DNA from: a virus
Virus record (IMG/VR): IMGVR_UViG_3300045988_143605
Location: 22,369 to 86,368 of that record
Strand: one strand, 5' to 3'
DNA: 64,000 nt
Position numbers and translations under genes: made by a program. Below the pieces are notes generated by a model, which saw only the letters and a list, made by a program, of their open reading frames with translations, was not told the origin of the DNA and did no database searches. Shown one piece after another: positions 19,456-28,119 of this stretch. Each line of letters opens with the position of its first letter. Position 1 is the first letter of the stretch.

Positions 19456-20190
19456 ATGCCAAACATTTACCTTCGCTTACCTACGAGTCGTTGCCAGTTC
19501 TTTCGCAACCGCGACCCAAAGCACACGCTTGCTCAGGACGAGCCGTTGATATTCAATATGTACATGCCAGAGCATTTCGTGATGCGCAACTATCTGTCTA
19601 ATGCTGCTGCAGTTACCCAACGTGTCAATATGCAGTGTTTCTCTCATCAGCAATGGCGTAATATGATGCAGGGAAGGTCGCCACAGGGAGGAAGCGTCAT
19701 ACTGATGCGCAATCCGCACGAATATCTTTCCTTTGAAGAGGTGCAGCAGCTCAATGGCAAACAGGAATATTCCAAGAGCGACAACGAGGACTACCTATGT
19801 ATAAAACTACCCTCGGAAGTTGAGGTGGTGGACGTGGTGAGACAGGTCACTCCTTCCTGGAACTTGAGTTCGCGCGGCATCCGTCAACTGCTCGTCATGC
19901 TCAACAATGACTTCAAGCGTAGCGTGGTGGAATGGGCTATGTCTACTTTCGACTTCTGTACGTCCAACAACCGCATCATCTGTCGTCGCCAGACAGCTAT
20001 GCTTGAGCGTTTTCTGATGCGTTACGGCATCGAACCTAACGAGAACGAGAAAGACTGCTTGCGACGCATCATCAACCGATGGCTAACGTCAGAGAATAAC
20101 AACTTCAAGGCCTATTCGTGTATCGATATGCAGTATGTTGATACTAATGAAAAGTCATTCTTGGTTGACGATATAGTGTATGTAGATTAA
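19456..20190 (+). CDS. hypothetical protein
   Basis: Start taken at MPNIYLRLP, 6 nt after the previous stop. The longer listed ORF overlaps the upstream gene. Confidence 0.55.
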   Translation: MPNIYLRLPTSRCQFFRNRDPKHTLAQDEPLIFNMYMPEHFVMRNYLSNAAAVTQRVNMQCFSHQQWRNMMQGRSPQGGSVILMRNPHEYLSFEEVQQLNGKQEYSKSDNEDYLCIKLPSEVEVVDVVRQVTPSWNLSSRGIRQLLVMLNNDFKRSVVEWAMSTFDFCTSNNRIICRRQTAMLERFLMRYGIEPNENEKDCLRRIINRWLTSENNNFKAYSCIDMQYVDTNEKSFLVDDIVYVD

Positions 20191-20259
20191 TTTATTGTAA
20201 AGAATTGTTAATCATAATCATAAAATAAGTTAAGAATTATCACTTTTAGGTGTACAAAA

Positions 20260-20754
20260 ATGCAACTACCCGATAAATGTATGGAATTATTCCTTGATGG
20301 CATTACCGATGTGATGTTTTATCAGAAGGAAGAGTGTGTTATCCCCGTGCCGTTCAGTATGGCACAAGTGTTGTGTATTAATAAATGCCAGTTGCCAGCC
20401 GAGCCGACGCTTCGCCTTGCAATGAGTGGTGAAAACTTCGTCATTGCGGAAAATATAGGTGTAAAGGTGACGCAGGCCAAACAGGGCAATAGTACTATAT
20501 ATACATATAATATTAGTGCAAATATAGACTTTGGAGGCGAAAATGTGCGTAAAGCATATAAAATTATGCGCGATAAGACCTATTATGTAGTATTGCGCAA
20601 ACAAGATGGTTCGCTCCAGTTGTGTTACACTTTGCCCGGCACATTTGCCATTGAAGGCAATATCACATGCAGTGAGAAGTCACAAGACCGCTCTTTTACT
20701 GCATCCCTTAAAGCCCTATCGGAGCCGATACCTATCACGCTTCGAGAGGCTTAG
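20260..20754 (+). CDS. hypothetical protein
   Basis: 164-aa ORF followed by a terminator. Confidence 0.55.
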   Translation: MQLPDKCMELFLDGITDVMFYQKEECVIPVPFSMAQVLCINKCQLPAEPTLRLAMSGENFVIAENIGVKVTQAKQGNSTIYTYNISANIDFGGENVRKAYKIMRDKTYYVVLRKQDGSLQLCYTLPGTFAIEGNITCSEKSQDRSFTASLKALSEPIPITLREA

Positions 20755-20780
20755 TTCTTGAGTCTTTTTTTTTAATTTTT

Positions 20781-20814
20781 GCGTCGTTGTCCGTGAGGAT
20801 AGCGGCGTTTTTTT
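20781..20814 (+). terminator. intrinsic terminator
   Basis: GCGTCGTTG-TCCGTGAGGA-TAGCGGCG hairpin followed by T7. A near-identical hairpin occurs on the minus strand at 60006-60037. Confidence 0.5.
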
Positions 20815-20865
20815 GTCCTAAACAATACTGAAGTAACCTTTAATTTTGCACATGGATAACAACAC

Positions 20866-20939
20866 AGCGGAGTGGCAGCAGTTGGTAGCTCACTTGGCTC
20901 ATAACCAAGAGGCCGAAGGTTCGAGTCCTTCCTCCGCAA
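20866..20939 (+). tRNA. tRNA with CAU anticodon (Met or Ile2 type)
   Basis: Hand-folded cloverleaf. Anticodon arm CTTGG-CTCATAA-CCAAG, T arm GAAGG-TTCGAGT-CCTTC, acceptor AGCGGAG/CTCCGCA. No encoded CCA. A1:A72 mismatch and a one-nt irregularity at the D stem. Confidence 0.7.
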
Positions 20940-20996
20940 CTCAGTCGGTAAAAAGATTGATTTTTCAGGATTACAACACAAACACTAAATTTACTA

Positions 20997-22679
20997 ATGA
21001 AAGGTTTATTTGAAATACTAACCGAAAAGAAGAGGATGATCAGTCCCGACTTTGTGCATGGTATTCGCAAGTCGCTTGAGTATAATCTGAATACTCATAC
21101 GGTTTTCAGCAAGCCAGAGAAGAACTGCGGATATGTTACAGCTGAGGATAAGTATGGCAACACCTATTATCCAGAGGAGTATCAGGTTTCAGAGGATGGC
21201 AAGCAGGTGAAAGGCAACTGGGTCCTAACTCTTCCTGCTGATGACGATGACGCACAGAGTTTCCCCTTCGTTTCGGTATTTTCCATTGACGGCCCTATCA
21301 CACGCAACGGCGGCTATTGTTCGTATGGTTCAATAGACCATCGCGACATGATGATGCGAGCAGCCGATCATCCTCTTTGTCGTGGTCATGTTTTCATCAT
21401 CAACACTCCAGGCGGTTCTGCTTGGGCAAAGAACGATTATGCTCTTGCCATTGACTATGCCCACTCAAAGGGTCAGAAGGTTATAGCCCTGGTTGATGGC
21501 CTTTGCGCTTCGGCTGGTATGTACCTCGCTTCGCTTTGTGACGAACGTTATTACATGAATCCGAAAGACCAGATTGGTTGCATCGGTGTGATGGCAGCGT
21601 TCTACACTTTGCCCGATGGAGCAAAAGGCAAGTACTCCGATGATACTTACCACGAGCTTTATGATCCTAAGTCGTTTGACAAGAACAAGGCATATCGCGA
21701 CATTGCCAATAAGAATGATGACGAGGAGCTTATCAAAGAGCTTGCTGAACTTGGCGTTGAGTTCCGTGCCGACGTTAAGAAGGCTTGTCCTAATGCTACT
21801 GACGAGCATCTGCATGGCAAGGTGTTCAATGCCGAGGACGTGAAGGGTATTTTGATGGACGATCAGTCAACATTCATGGGAGTAGTGCAACACGCTTTTG
21901 AGCTATATGATGGCAGAGCCGAACTTATCACCCGCGAGCAGACGGTTGATCCACAGGATGAGCCGAAGAATGAGCCGGAGCCAGAGAAACCGGAAGCAAC
22001 CAACACAAACACTAATATCAATATGGAGAAATATCCTCTTATTTGCAACGCTTGTGGACTGCAGGCTGGCGAGATTGCCGTTACGGAAGAGGGCGCGTAC
22101 ATGAACGCCTCGCTTCTTGACTCTCTCGAAGCCCACATGAAGGAAGCCGAGCAGAAGGTGACTGATGCCGAGCAGAAAGCCACCACAGCGGAGAACGCTC
22201 TCGCGGAATTGCAGGGCAAGTTTGATGAACTCTCCGCTCAAGTAAACGCAGCCAACGAAGCAAAGGAAGTCGCGGAGAACGCACTTGCCCAGGCTAACGA
22301 GGCTCACAGTAAAGAACTAAGCGACCTAAACGCGCAGCACACCGAAGCCATTGCCAAAAAGGACGACGAGTTGAAAGCTCTCGTCGAGGCAAAGGACAAG
22401 GAGATTGCCCAGCTCACAGCCGACAAGACTGATGCCGAGGCAAACTTGCAGACCGCTAAGGACGCACTTGCAACCGCCGAGCAGACCATTGCCGACAAGC
22501 AGGCTCAGATTGCCGCCCTCACCAATGAGGCTGGCGAAGAGCTGAACAGTGGAGAGTCTCCTGAAAACAATGGCGAAGGTGTGAAAACTCCGCAGCTGCG
22601 CTCGTTCGATGGTAGCAAGTACAAGACCAATGTTGAGCGTAAGGCTGCTTTCAAGCGTTTCTTGCAAGGTGAGGAATAA
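20997..22679 (+). CDS. prohead protease (S49/SppA-ClpP fold) fused to a coiled-coil scaffold-like C-terminus
   Basis: IINTPGGSAWA ... VDGLCASAGMYLASLCD resembles the S49 serine-protease core. The last ~200 aa are an A/E/K-rich coiled coil. Confidence 0.8.
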   Translation: MKGLFEILTEKKRMISPDFVHGIRKSLEYNLNTHTVFSKPEKNCGYVTAEDKYGNTYYPEEYQVSEDGKQVKGNWVLTLPADDDDAQSFPFVSVFSIDGPITRNGGYCSYGSIDHRDMMMRAADHPLCRGHVFIINTPGGSAWAKNDYALAIDYAHSKGQKVIALVDGLCASAGMYLASLCDERYYMNPKDQIGCIGVMAAFYTLPDGAKGKYSDDTYHELYDPKSFDKNKAYRDIANKNDDEELIKELAELGVEFRADVKKACPNATDEHLHGKVFNAEDVKGILMDDQSTFMGVVQHAFELYDGRAELITREQTVDPQDEPKNEPEPEKPEATNTNTNINMEKYPLICNACGLQAGEIAVTEEGAYMNASLLDSLEAHMKEAEQKVTDAEQKATTAENALAELQGKFDELSAQVNAANEAKEVAENALAQANEAHSKELSDLNAQHTEAIAKKDDELKALVEAKDKEIAQLTADKTDAEANLQTAKDALATAEQTIADKQAQIAALTNEAGEELNSGESPENNGEGVKTPQLRSFDGSKYKTNVERKAAFKRFLQGEE

Positions 22680-22749
22680 CTTTTGTCCGCTGCCCTCAAC
22701 CAACACAAACAACACAACGATTTAACAACAACAAAACACACAAACGATT

Positions 22750-24042
22750 ATGGCAAATTTACCTAAAGATTTTATCGGTCTTGACGCTCTTCAGCATGTA
22801 GCCGAAGAGGTGTCAAAGGAGATTGTGATGGGTCCTGGCTATTCGGATGCCGAAGAGATGGACCGCCTTGGCATCGACATCATCACTGGTGTTCAGTTCA
22901 AGCGCACTTTCCACTTGTTCATCCGCAAGGGTGGCACCACACGTCGTAAGGACGTTCATCGCGAAATCAACAGCGAATCTGGATTCTTGAAAGAGCGTAC
23001 GCTTACCTCGAAGCTCTCCTGGGATAAGTTTAGTGGAAATATAGACGACTTCTGTGAGACAGTATTCGGTACAGACGCTCAGGGTCAGTTCCCTCTCTCT
23101 TCACAGGCTGTAGAGGCAATCCTCAAGGACTATGCCGACAACCTCGCATCTCCCTTGTGGTTCGGCGACATCGCTCTTGACAATGGCGACGACTCAGTTC
23201 CTGCTCGCGATCAGCAAATGGCTCTCTACGACGGTTTCCACACTTGCGTCAAGCACGACATCGAGGACGGTCTAATCTCAGAGGCTAACGGCAACCTCGT
23301 TCCTTGTAAGGCGATATCTGCTCCTGCTGACAACAACGACTCTACTCCGTACGACAACTTCATCGAGTGGCACGCCAAGTGGGACGAGCGTCTGCGCAAG
23401 GTTCCAACACGTGTTTACATGAACGAGGCCTCTGCCATGAACATTGCAGCCGGTTATGCTAACAAGTTCCACGGTAACTTCCGTGTAGAGTACAACCTGG
23501 GCGACAACTTCAAGTTGCCGGGTCTCTCTAAGGTTACTATCTGTCCTATTGCCAACTTCGGCGAAGGCGACCGTATGTACGCTACCATTGACAAGAACTT
23601 TGTCTACGGTGTTGACACCAAGAGCAACCAGCAGTATGTAAGTGTCCGCCTTGGCTCCGACCGAGATCACAGAGACTTGTCTTTCCAGATTCAGTCAATC
23701 CAGGGAGCAGGTATTCGCAACTTCCTGAAATATGCTCTCTGCGTCAGTGACGGCAATCTCGTTGCTCCTGAGTATGTAGCCGGCGACTACGACAACACTA
23801 TGCTTGTGATTACTCTTGCTGGTTCTGATGGTCAGAAGCCGGACGGTACAGTGAAGGTGAACGGCACTGCTTACACCAAGCCGATTGAAACCACTCCTAA
23901 TCAGATTCTCTCTCTTGAAGCAACCGATGGCACTACCTATAAGTTTACTGGTTGGAACAACGGCAAGACCGATAAGAAGATTCAGCTCACAGCTTCCGGC
24001 ATGAACATGGGTCTGATAGCCTTCTTCAAGAAGAACGGCTAA
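22750..24042 (+). CDS. major capsid protein candidate with a C-terminal beta-rich add-on domain
   Basis: 430 aa, directly downstream of the protease-scaffold gene, with a long CA-rich leader. The assignment is positional. Confidence 0.6.
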   Translation: MANLPKDFIGLDALQHVAEEVSKEIVMGPGYSDAEEMDRLGIDIITGVQFKRTFHLFIRKGGTTRRKDVHREINSESGFLKERTLTSKLSWDKFSGNIDDFCETVFGTDAQGQFPLSSQAVEAILKDYADNLASPLWFGDIALDNGDDSVPARDQQMALYDGFHTCVKHDIEDGLISEANGNLVPCKAISAPADNNDSTPYDNFIEWHAKWDERLRKVPTRVYMNEASAMNIAAGYANKFHGNFRVEYNLGDNFKLPGLSKVTICPIANFGEGDRMYATIDKNFVYGVDTKSNQQYVSVRLGSDRDHRDLSFQIQSIQGAGIRNFLKYALCVSDGNLVAPEYVAGDYDNTMLVITLAGSDGQKPDGTVKVNGTAYTKPIETTPNQILSLEATDGTTYKFTGWNNGKTDKKIQLTASGMNMGLIAFFKKNG

Positions 24043-24161
24043 CCCTTAACGGAGTTTCTTTCACTCTATATTTTCACGGGCGACGGTCGCGGCTGACCCG
24101 ACGGAATATGCTAACCCGTCGCCCTTCTTCTCCAAACAACAACACAAAAACGTTAAATATT

Positions 24162-24716
24162 ATGGGATCAGTAACATGTCCACAGCTCGTTGATGTGCTC
24201 AACGAAGACGAGTGCCTGGAGAACCTCGCAGGTCTTGGCACCGATATTTACATCGGACTGAAGAGTGAGCTTACAGCTCCTCTTGTTGCAACCGATAACA
24301 GTTATTCAACTCCTGCCTTCGCAGCAGGAAAGGGTTTGTATAAGGTGCAGTGTGCTGACGAGAAGCAGCAGATCAAGGGTTCATCGCTTGGTAAGCGCAA
24401 AGGTTTTGAGCTCACCTGTACTTTCGTGGTAGACTCCGTAAATCCTGCAGCAGGTAAGTTGGCTCGTGCAATCAACAACAACGACATCTTCATCATCGCT
24501 AAGGATGATGATGTTTCGCAGATTATCTACGATCCGAGCCGTAAGGTGAAGTTTGACTCAGGTGCAATCACTACCGACACTGGAGCAGCAGCAAGCGACG
24601 ACCGTATCACCACTTACGAGGCTAAACTTTCTCCTGTTTATTATCCGAACCTCTACGTCACAGAGCCTACGGACGAGAAGGGCTGGGACTCGCTTCTCGC
24701 TTCAAAAAAAGAGTAA
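24162..24716 (+). CDS. hypothetical virion protein (head decoration or tail-tube-like position)
   Basis: Start at MGSVTCPQL. 184 aa. Ends in an A7 run followed by a hairpin. Confidence 0.55.
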   Translation: MGSVTCPQLVDVLNEDECLENLAGLGTDIYIGLKSELTAPLVATDNSYSTPAFAAGKGLYKVQCADEKQQIKGSSLGKRKGFELTCTFVVDSVNPAAGKLARAINNNDIFIIAKDDDVSQIIYDPSRKVKFDSGAITTDTGAAASDDRITTYEAKLSPVYYPNLYVTEPTDEKGWDSLLASKKE

Positions 24717-24750
24717 GCGATATTGACACTCAGAGCGAAAGCAATATCGC
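24704..24750 (+). promoter_or_regulatory. candidate -1 frameshift cassette (A AAA AAA, 6-nt spacer, 9-bp stem-loop)
   Basis: The heptamer is in X XXY YYZ register with the 0 frame. Stem GCGATATTG (24717-24725) pairs with CAATATCGC (24742-24750). Confidence 0.3.
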
Positions 24751-24876
24751 CCCCCGCAGCTCGACGATGCCGACTCTTCTTCCTTCAGCGTAAGCGACGG
24801 AGAGGAAGACACGACGGCAAAGAAGAGCAAGAAGTAATCGCTCATAACAAGGAGATGATATTATAATCATAGTGTT

Positions 24877-24927
24877 ATCCCTGCATCTATCCTTTATATA
24901 CAAAAGGTATGGATGCAGGGATTTTTT
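24877..24927 (+). terminator. intrinsic terminator closing the head module
   Basis: ATCCCTGCATC ... GATGCAGGGAT 11-bp stem (extendable with a bulge), followed by T6. Confidence 0.65.
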
Positions 24928-25063
24928 ATTCTATATATATTAGTATTCTGATAAATTTATACTAAAATTAGCGTTTTTAATTCCAAAACTAAACACAATC
25001 AGATAATTGTCAATAATTTTGCAATTAGAAAAGATATTTTGATTACATTGTTGTAAATGTAGA

Positions 25064-25110
25064 ATAACTAAAACTTATAGTTATAAACATATACTAACTA
25101 AAACTTATAG
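25064..25110 (+). promoter_or_regulatory. candidate LysR operator region
   Basis: Interrupted palindrome ATAACT-N9-AGTTAT (25064-25084). A 16-nt direct repeat TAACTAAAACTTATAG at 25065 and 25095, ending 6 nt before the ATG. Confidence 0.35.
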
Positions 25111-25115
25111 GATTT

Positions 25116-26042
25116 ATGGAACTAAGACATTTACGCTCCTTTGTTTATGTCGCCGAAACAAAGTCGTTTAGTACGGCTGCCACACGTTGTTGCGTCACCC
25201 AGTCGGCGGTAAGCCAGCACATTCACGCCCTGGAGGACGAGTTAAGATGTAAGTTGCTTATTCGCACATCACACGGCATTATGCTCACAGAAAGCGGCGA
25301 AGCCCTGTTGCCCCGTGCCAAAGAAATACTGAAGCAGACCGAGGACTGCAAAGAGCAAATCAACGCCCTTAACAACTGCATGACCGGCGAATTGCGCATA
25401 GGCGTAGGCTCGTTTATTGCTCCGTATGTCCGCATGGCTGCATTGATATTCATGGAGAGATACCCCAACGTGCGCATCAATGCCGATTTCACCAAAGCAT
25501 ACCTTCTTAATCAATCGCTAAGGGCGCACATGTTAGACCTTGCTTTCACCATGAATATGGCATACCGTCACGAAGGAATAGAGTCGATACCCTGCATACC
25601 CTTTAATGTATATGCTATTATGCGCGACACCCATCCACTTGCCTCGCTCCAAAAGGTATCGTATGAAGATATTCTGAAACACCCAATCATTATGCCAGAC
25701 ATAGGCGAACGTGTGATTGATACATTTCAGAAAAACATTCAGCGTGACCTATATAAGCTCAACATTAAGTGTATCATCAGCGATCCCGACGAGGCTCTTG
25801 CTTCTGTGGAAGAAACTAAATATGTAACCTTCATGCCAAAACTCTACCTGCGCCACCACCCTACCCTTGTAGCACGTCCCATTGTCGGTCTCGAACATCA
25901 GTTGATGAGCAACGCACACTGGATGCAAGATGTACCCCAAAAGCGTGCCTCGCAACAATTTCTCGACATCATCCGTGACGAGGTAGTGCCATACATTTCC
26001 GTAGCAGAAGAGTCGCGAGGGAAATTCATGCCACCTCGATAG
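25116..26042 (+). CDS. LysR-family transcriptional regulator
   Basis: Classic N-terminal HTH (MELRHLRSFVYVAETKSFSTAATRCCVTQSAVSQHIHALEDEL) plus a substrate-binding-domain-sized C-terminus. 308 aa. Confidence 0.9.
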   Translation: MELRHLRSFVYVAETKSFSTAATRCCVTQSAVSQHIHALEDELRCKLLIRTSHGIMLTESGEALLPRAKEILKQTEDCKEQINALNNCMTGELRIGVGSFIAPYVRMAALIFMERYPNVRINADFTKAYLLNQSLRAHMLDLAFTMNMAYRHEGIESIPCIPFNVYAIMRDTHPLASLQKVSYEDILKHPIIMPDIGERVIDTFQKNIQRDLYKLNIKCIISDPDEALASVEETKYVTFMPKLYLRHHPTLVARPIVGLEHQLMSNAHWMQDVPQKRASQQFLDIIRDEVVPYISVAEESRGKFMPPR

Positions 26043-26068
26043 TCATTAGAATATCTTATATCGCCACA

Positions 26069-26098
26069 AGCCTCACGTTAGCAGCGTGAGGCTTTTTA
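26069..26098 (+). terminator. intrinsic terminator after the LysR gene
   Basis: AGCCTCACG-TTAGCAG-CGTGAGGCT followed by T5. Confidence 0.7.
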
Positions 26099-26229
26099 AT
26101 TCTCGCATTAGCCGAAATTATACGTTATCTCACCTAAAGAACACTTAATGAAAAACATTTCACTTCCACCTTTTTCTCCTTTATCTTTGCAGTAAGTTCA
26201 ATAATGAACGAAACCAAATACAAATAATT

Positions 26230-26739
26230 ATGCATATTAAAACTAATGATGGCAATTATGATGTTGCCAGCAAGGGACTTGGCAACACCGCCTTGGGTCT
26301 CGGCATCGCAGGCTTGGCAACGAGCCTATTGGGAGGCAGCGCCTCGCTTCTGGGCATGGGTAGAAACAACGGCATGACCGCCAATCCTACCGACCCTGAC
26401 GCGCGTTTCGTAACTAAGAGTGAGACTAACCTTATCCAGGAGAACAGCACTCTGAAGACCGAACTCGCCATTCAGAAGAGCGAGAACTACACCGACAAGA
26501 AGCTCGTGGAAGTGACACAGTATCTCGACACGAAGTTGCGCCGTGTGGAAGACAAGGTAGACGCTAACAAGGACGCACAGCAAGCCATCAACGCACAGCA
26601 GATGGCATACAATGCTGCAGCTAATGCCAACATCGACGTGCTCAAGTCGCAGGTAGCCTCATTGTTGAGCGTAACCAAGCTGTTTATTCCTTCCACCAAC
26701 GTATGCCAGACAGGTTGTGGTTGCGGATGCAATCAGTAA
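26230..26739 (+). CDS. hypothetical protein: Gly-rich hydrophobic N-terminus, coiled coil, C-terminal CQTGCGCGCNQ
   Basis: 169-aa ORF. TATCTTTG -7 box at 26182-26189. Confidence 0.55.
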   Translation: MHIKTNDGNYDVASKGLGNTALGLGIAGLATSLLGGSASLLGMGRNNGMTANPTDPDARFVTKSETNLIQENSTLKTELAIQKSENYTDKKLVEVTQYLDTKLRRVEDKVDANKDAQQAINAQQMAYNAAANANIDVLKSQVASLLSVTKLFIPSTNVCQTGCGCGCNQ

Positions 26740-26774
26740 GAGAACGTAGTAATCCAGCTTTATATATATAAACG

Positions 26775-27197
26775 ATGGAATACAAGAACTCACAAATTTT
26801 GGCGGCAGTCGTGTCCGAGTGGGCACGACCTGCCATTTCGCAGATAGCCGCAGGCAACCTCATGCGCCTACCCATGCTTCAGTCTCTGCAAGCCACCATC
26901 GGATCATTAGGCATTGTCAGTGGCAGCTATGCCCTGCAGAGGGACATCGAGCCACTTATCCAACCCATTGTCAATTCGCTCATCACACCTATGCTTGCCC
27001 GATATTTCGGTCAGATACCCGAAGAGAGCATACCGCAGATGGCGCACGATATAGTGGAGAAGATGCGCGAAAACGGATCGCTGTCGGTGCTCGAAGGCAT
27101 GGTGACATTTGAGGAGGAAGACCTCGCCGAACTTGCCGATCTTCTTGACAAGAACCTACCCATAGGGCAGACACAAGGCTATCAGGTGAAACACTAA
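26775..27197 (+). CDS. hypothetical protein
   Basis: 140-aa ORF in the same cluster. Confidence 0.5.
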   Translation: MEYKNSQILAAVVSEWARPAISQIAAGNLMRLPMLQSLQATIGSLGIVSGSYALQRDIEPLIQPIVNSLITPMLARYFGQIPEESIPQMAHDIVEKMRENGSLSVLEGMVTFEEEDLAELADLLDKNLPIGQTQGYQVKH

Positions 27198-27254
27198 ACA
27201 GAGTAACAAATCAGCGGCGGCAAGCATCGTCGCTATAATAAAACATAAACGATT

Positions 27255-27683
27255 ATGAACAAACGTACCATTCCGGCTATCATCATAGCCACACTTGCGG
27301 CAGGTGCAACCGCCGCCGCACCCTATTATGATGTCAACATCACACAGCAGCTCTGCACACCGGCTTGTGTAGACGAGACTCCCGTGTTCGCTCCGAAGTT
27401 CTCCGTCAAGAGCATTGCCAACGTAGGCACCTCACAGTATATCATCGTCGTTCACGTAGAGGGCGTGATTAACTACATTCCATGCAACTGCGGCTCGTGC
27501 TGCACACGCTCACAAGTGGTGTCGCAAGACTTCACCATACCTGTGTTCAGCGCCACTGCTATCAATTCGGTAAGCATAGCAGTGGGAACCGTCCAGAACG
27601 GCATTGCACGCATATCGTGCTGCAACTGCTCCAAGACATTTGTTTCCGACTGCCCAGTAACGCTCACCCTTGCAACTACATAA
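27255..27683 (+). CDS. secreted Cys-rich protein
   Basis: Signal-peptide-like MNKRTIPAIIIATLAAGATAAAP. Cys clusters CNCGSCC and SCCNCS. Confidence 0.55.
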   Translation: MNKRTIPAIIIATLAAGATAAAPYYDVNITQQLCTPACVDETPVFAPKFSVKSIANVGTSQYIIVVHVEGVINYIPCNCGSCCTRSQVVSQDFTIPVFSATAINSVSIAVGTVQNGIARISCCNCSKTFVSDCPVTLTLATT

Positions 27684-27687
27684 AGCC

Positions 27688-27987
27688 ATGATAGTTCTGA
27701 TAGCTATAGCCACCATGATAGCTGCCACGCTTGCCCAACATCTCGGACTGGCCGAAGCCATTTCCCGTATTGTTGACAAGGTGGCATCATGCCCTCAGTG
27801 TTTCACTTTTTGGGTTACAATGTCGGCATTGCTCTACCTCGGCCACGATGTCTACACATCGACGCTGGCGGCTATTGTGGTGGCATATCTGTCAAACTGG
27901 TTTGTGTTGTTGCTGCTTATCCTTCAACGAAAATTTACGAAGCTATATGAAAAAGAAAGACACACCACCGACCGCCTCGACCACTGA
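27688..27987 (+). CDS. small multi-TM membrane protein with a CPQC motif
   Basis: Start at MIVLIAIATMIAA. Three hydrophobic segments. Confidence 0.5.
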   Translation: MIVLIAIATMIAATLAQHLGLAEAISRIVDKVASCPQCFTFWVTMSALLYLGHDVYTSTLAAIVVAYLSNWFVLLLLILQRKFTKLYEKERHTTDRLDH

Positions 27988-28119
27988 GGCAAAGGCAGAA
28001 AGCAAGCTCGAGGCGCAGACTTTCTTCCCTATATTGCACGTCTCTGTGCAAAAAAGCTTGATTGTCCCACATTTTCGGGGCATTTGCCCTACATGTTAAA
28101 CATATAAAACTCAAACAAA

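Noticed and set aside
20772-21070. Minus-strand ORFs 20772-20981 and 20840-21070
   Set aside because: They overlap the tRNA(CAU) and its flanks. This is a characteristic tRNA-shadow translation.
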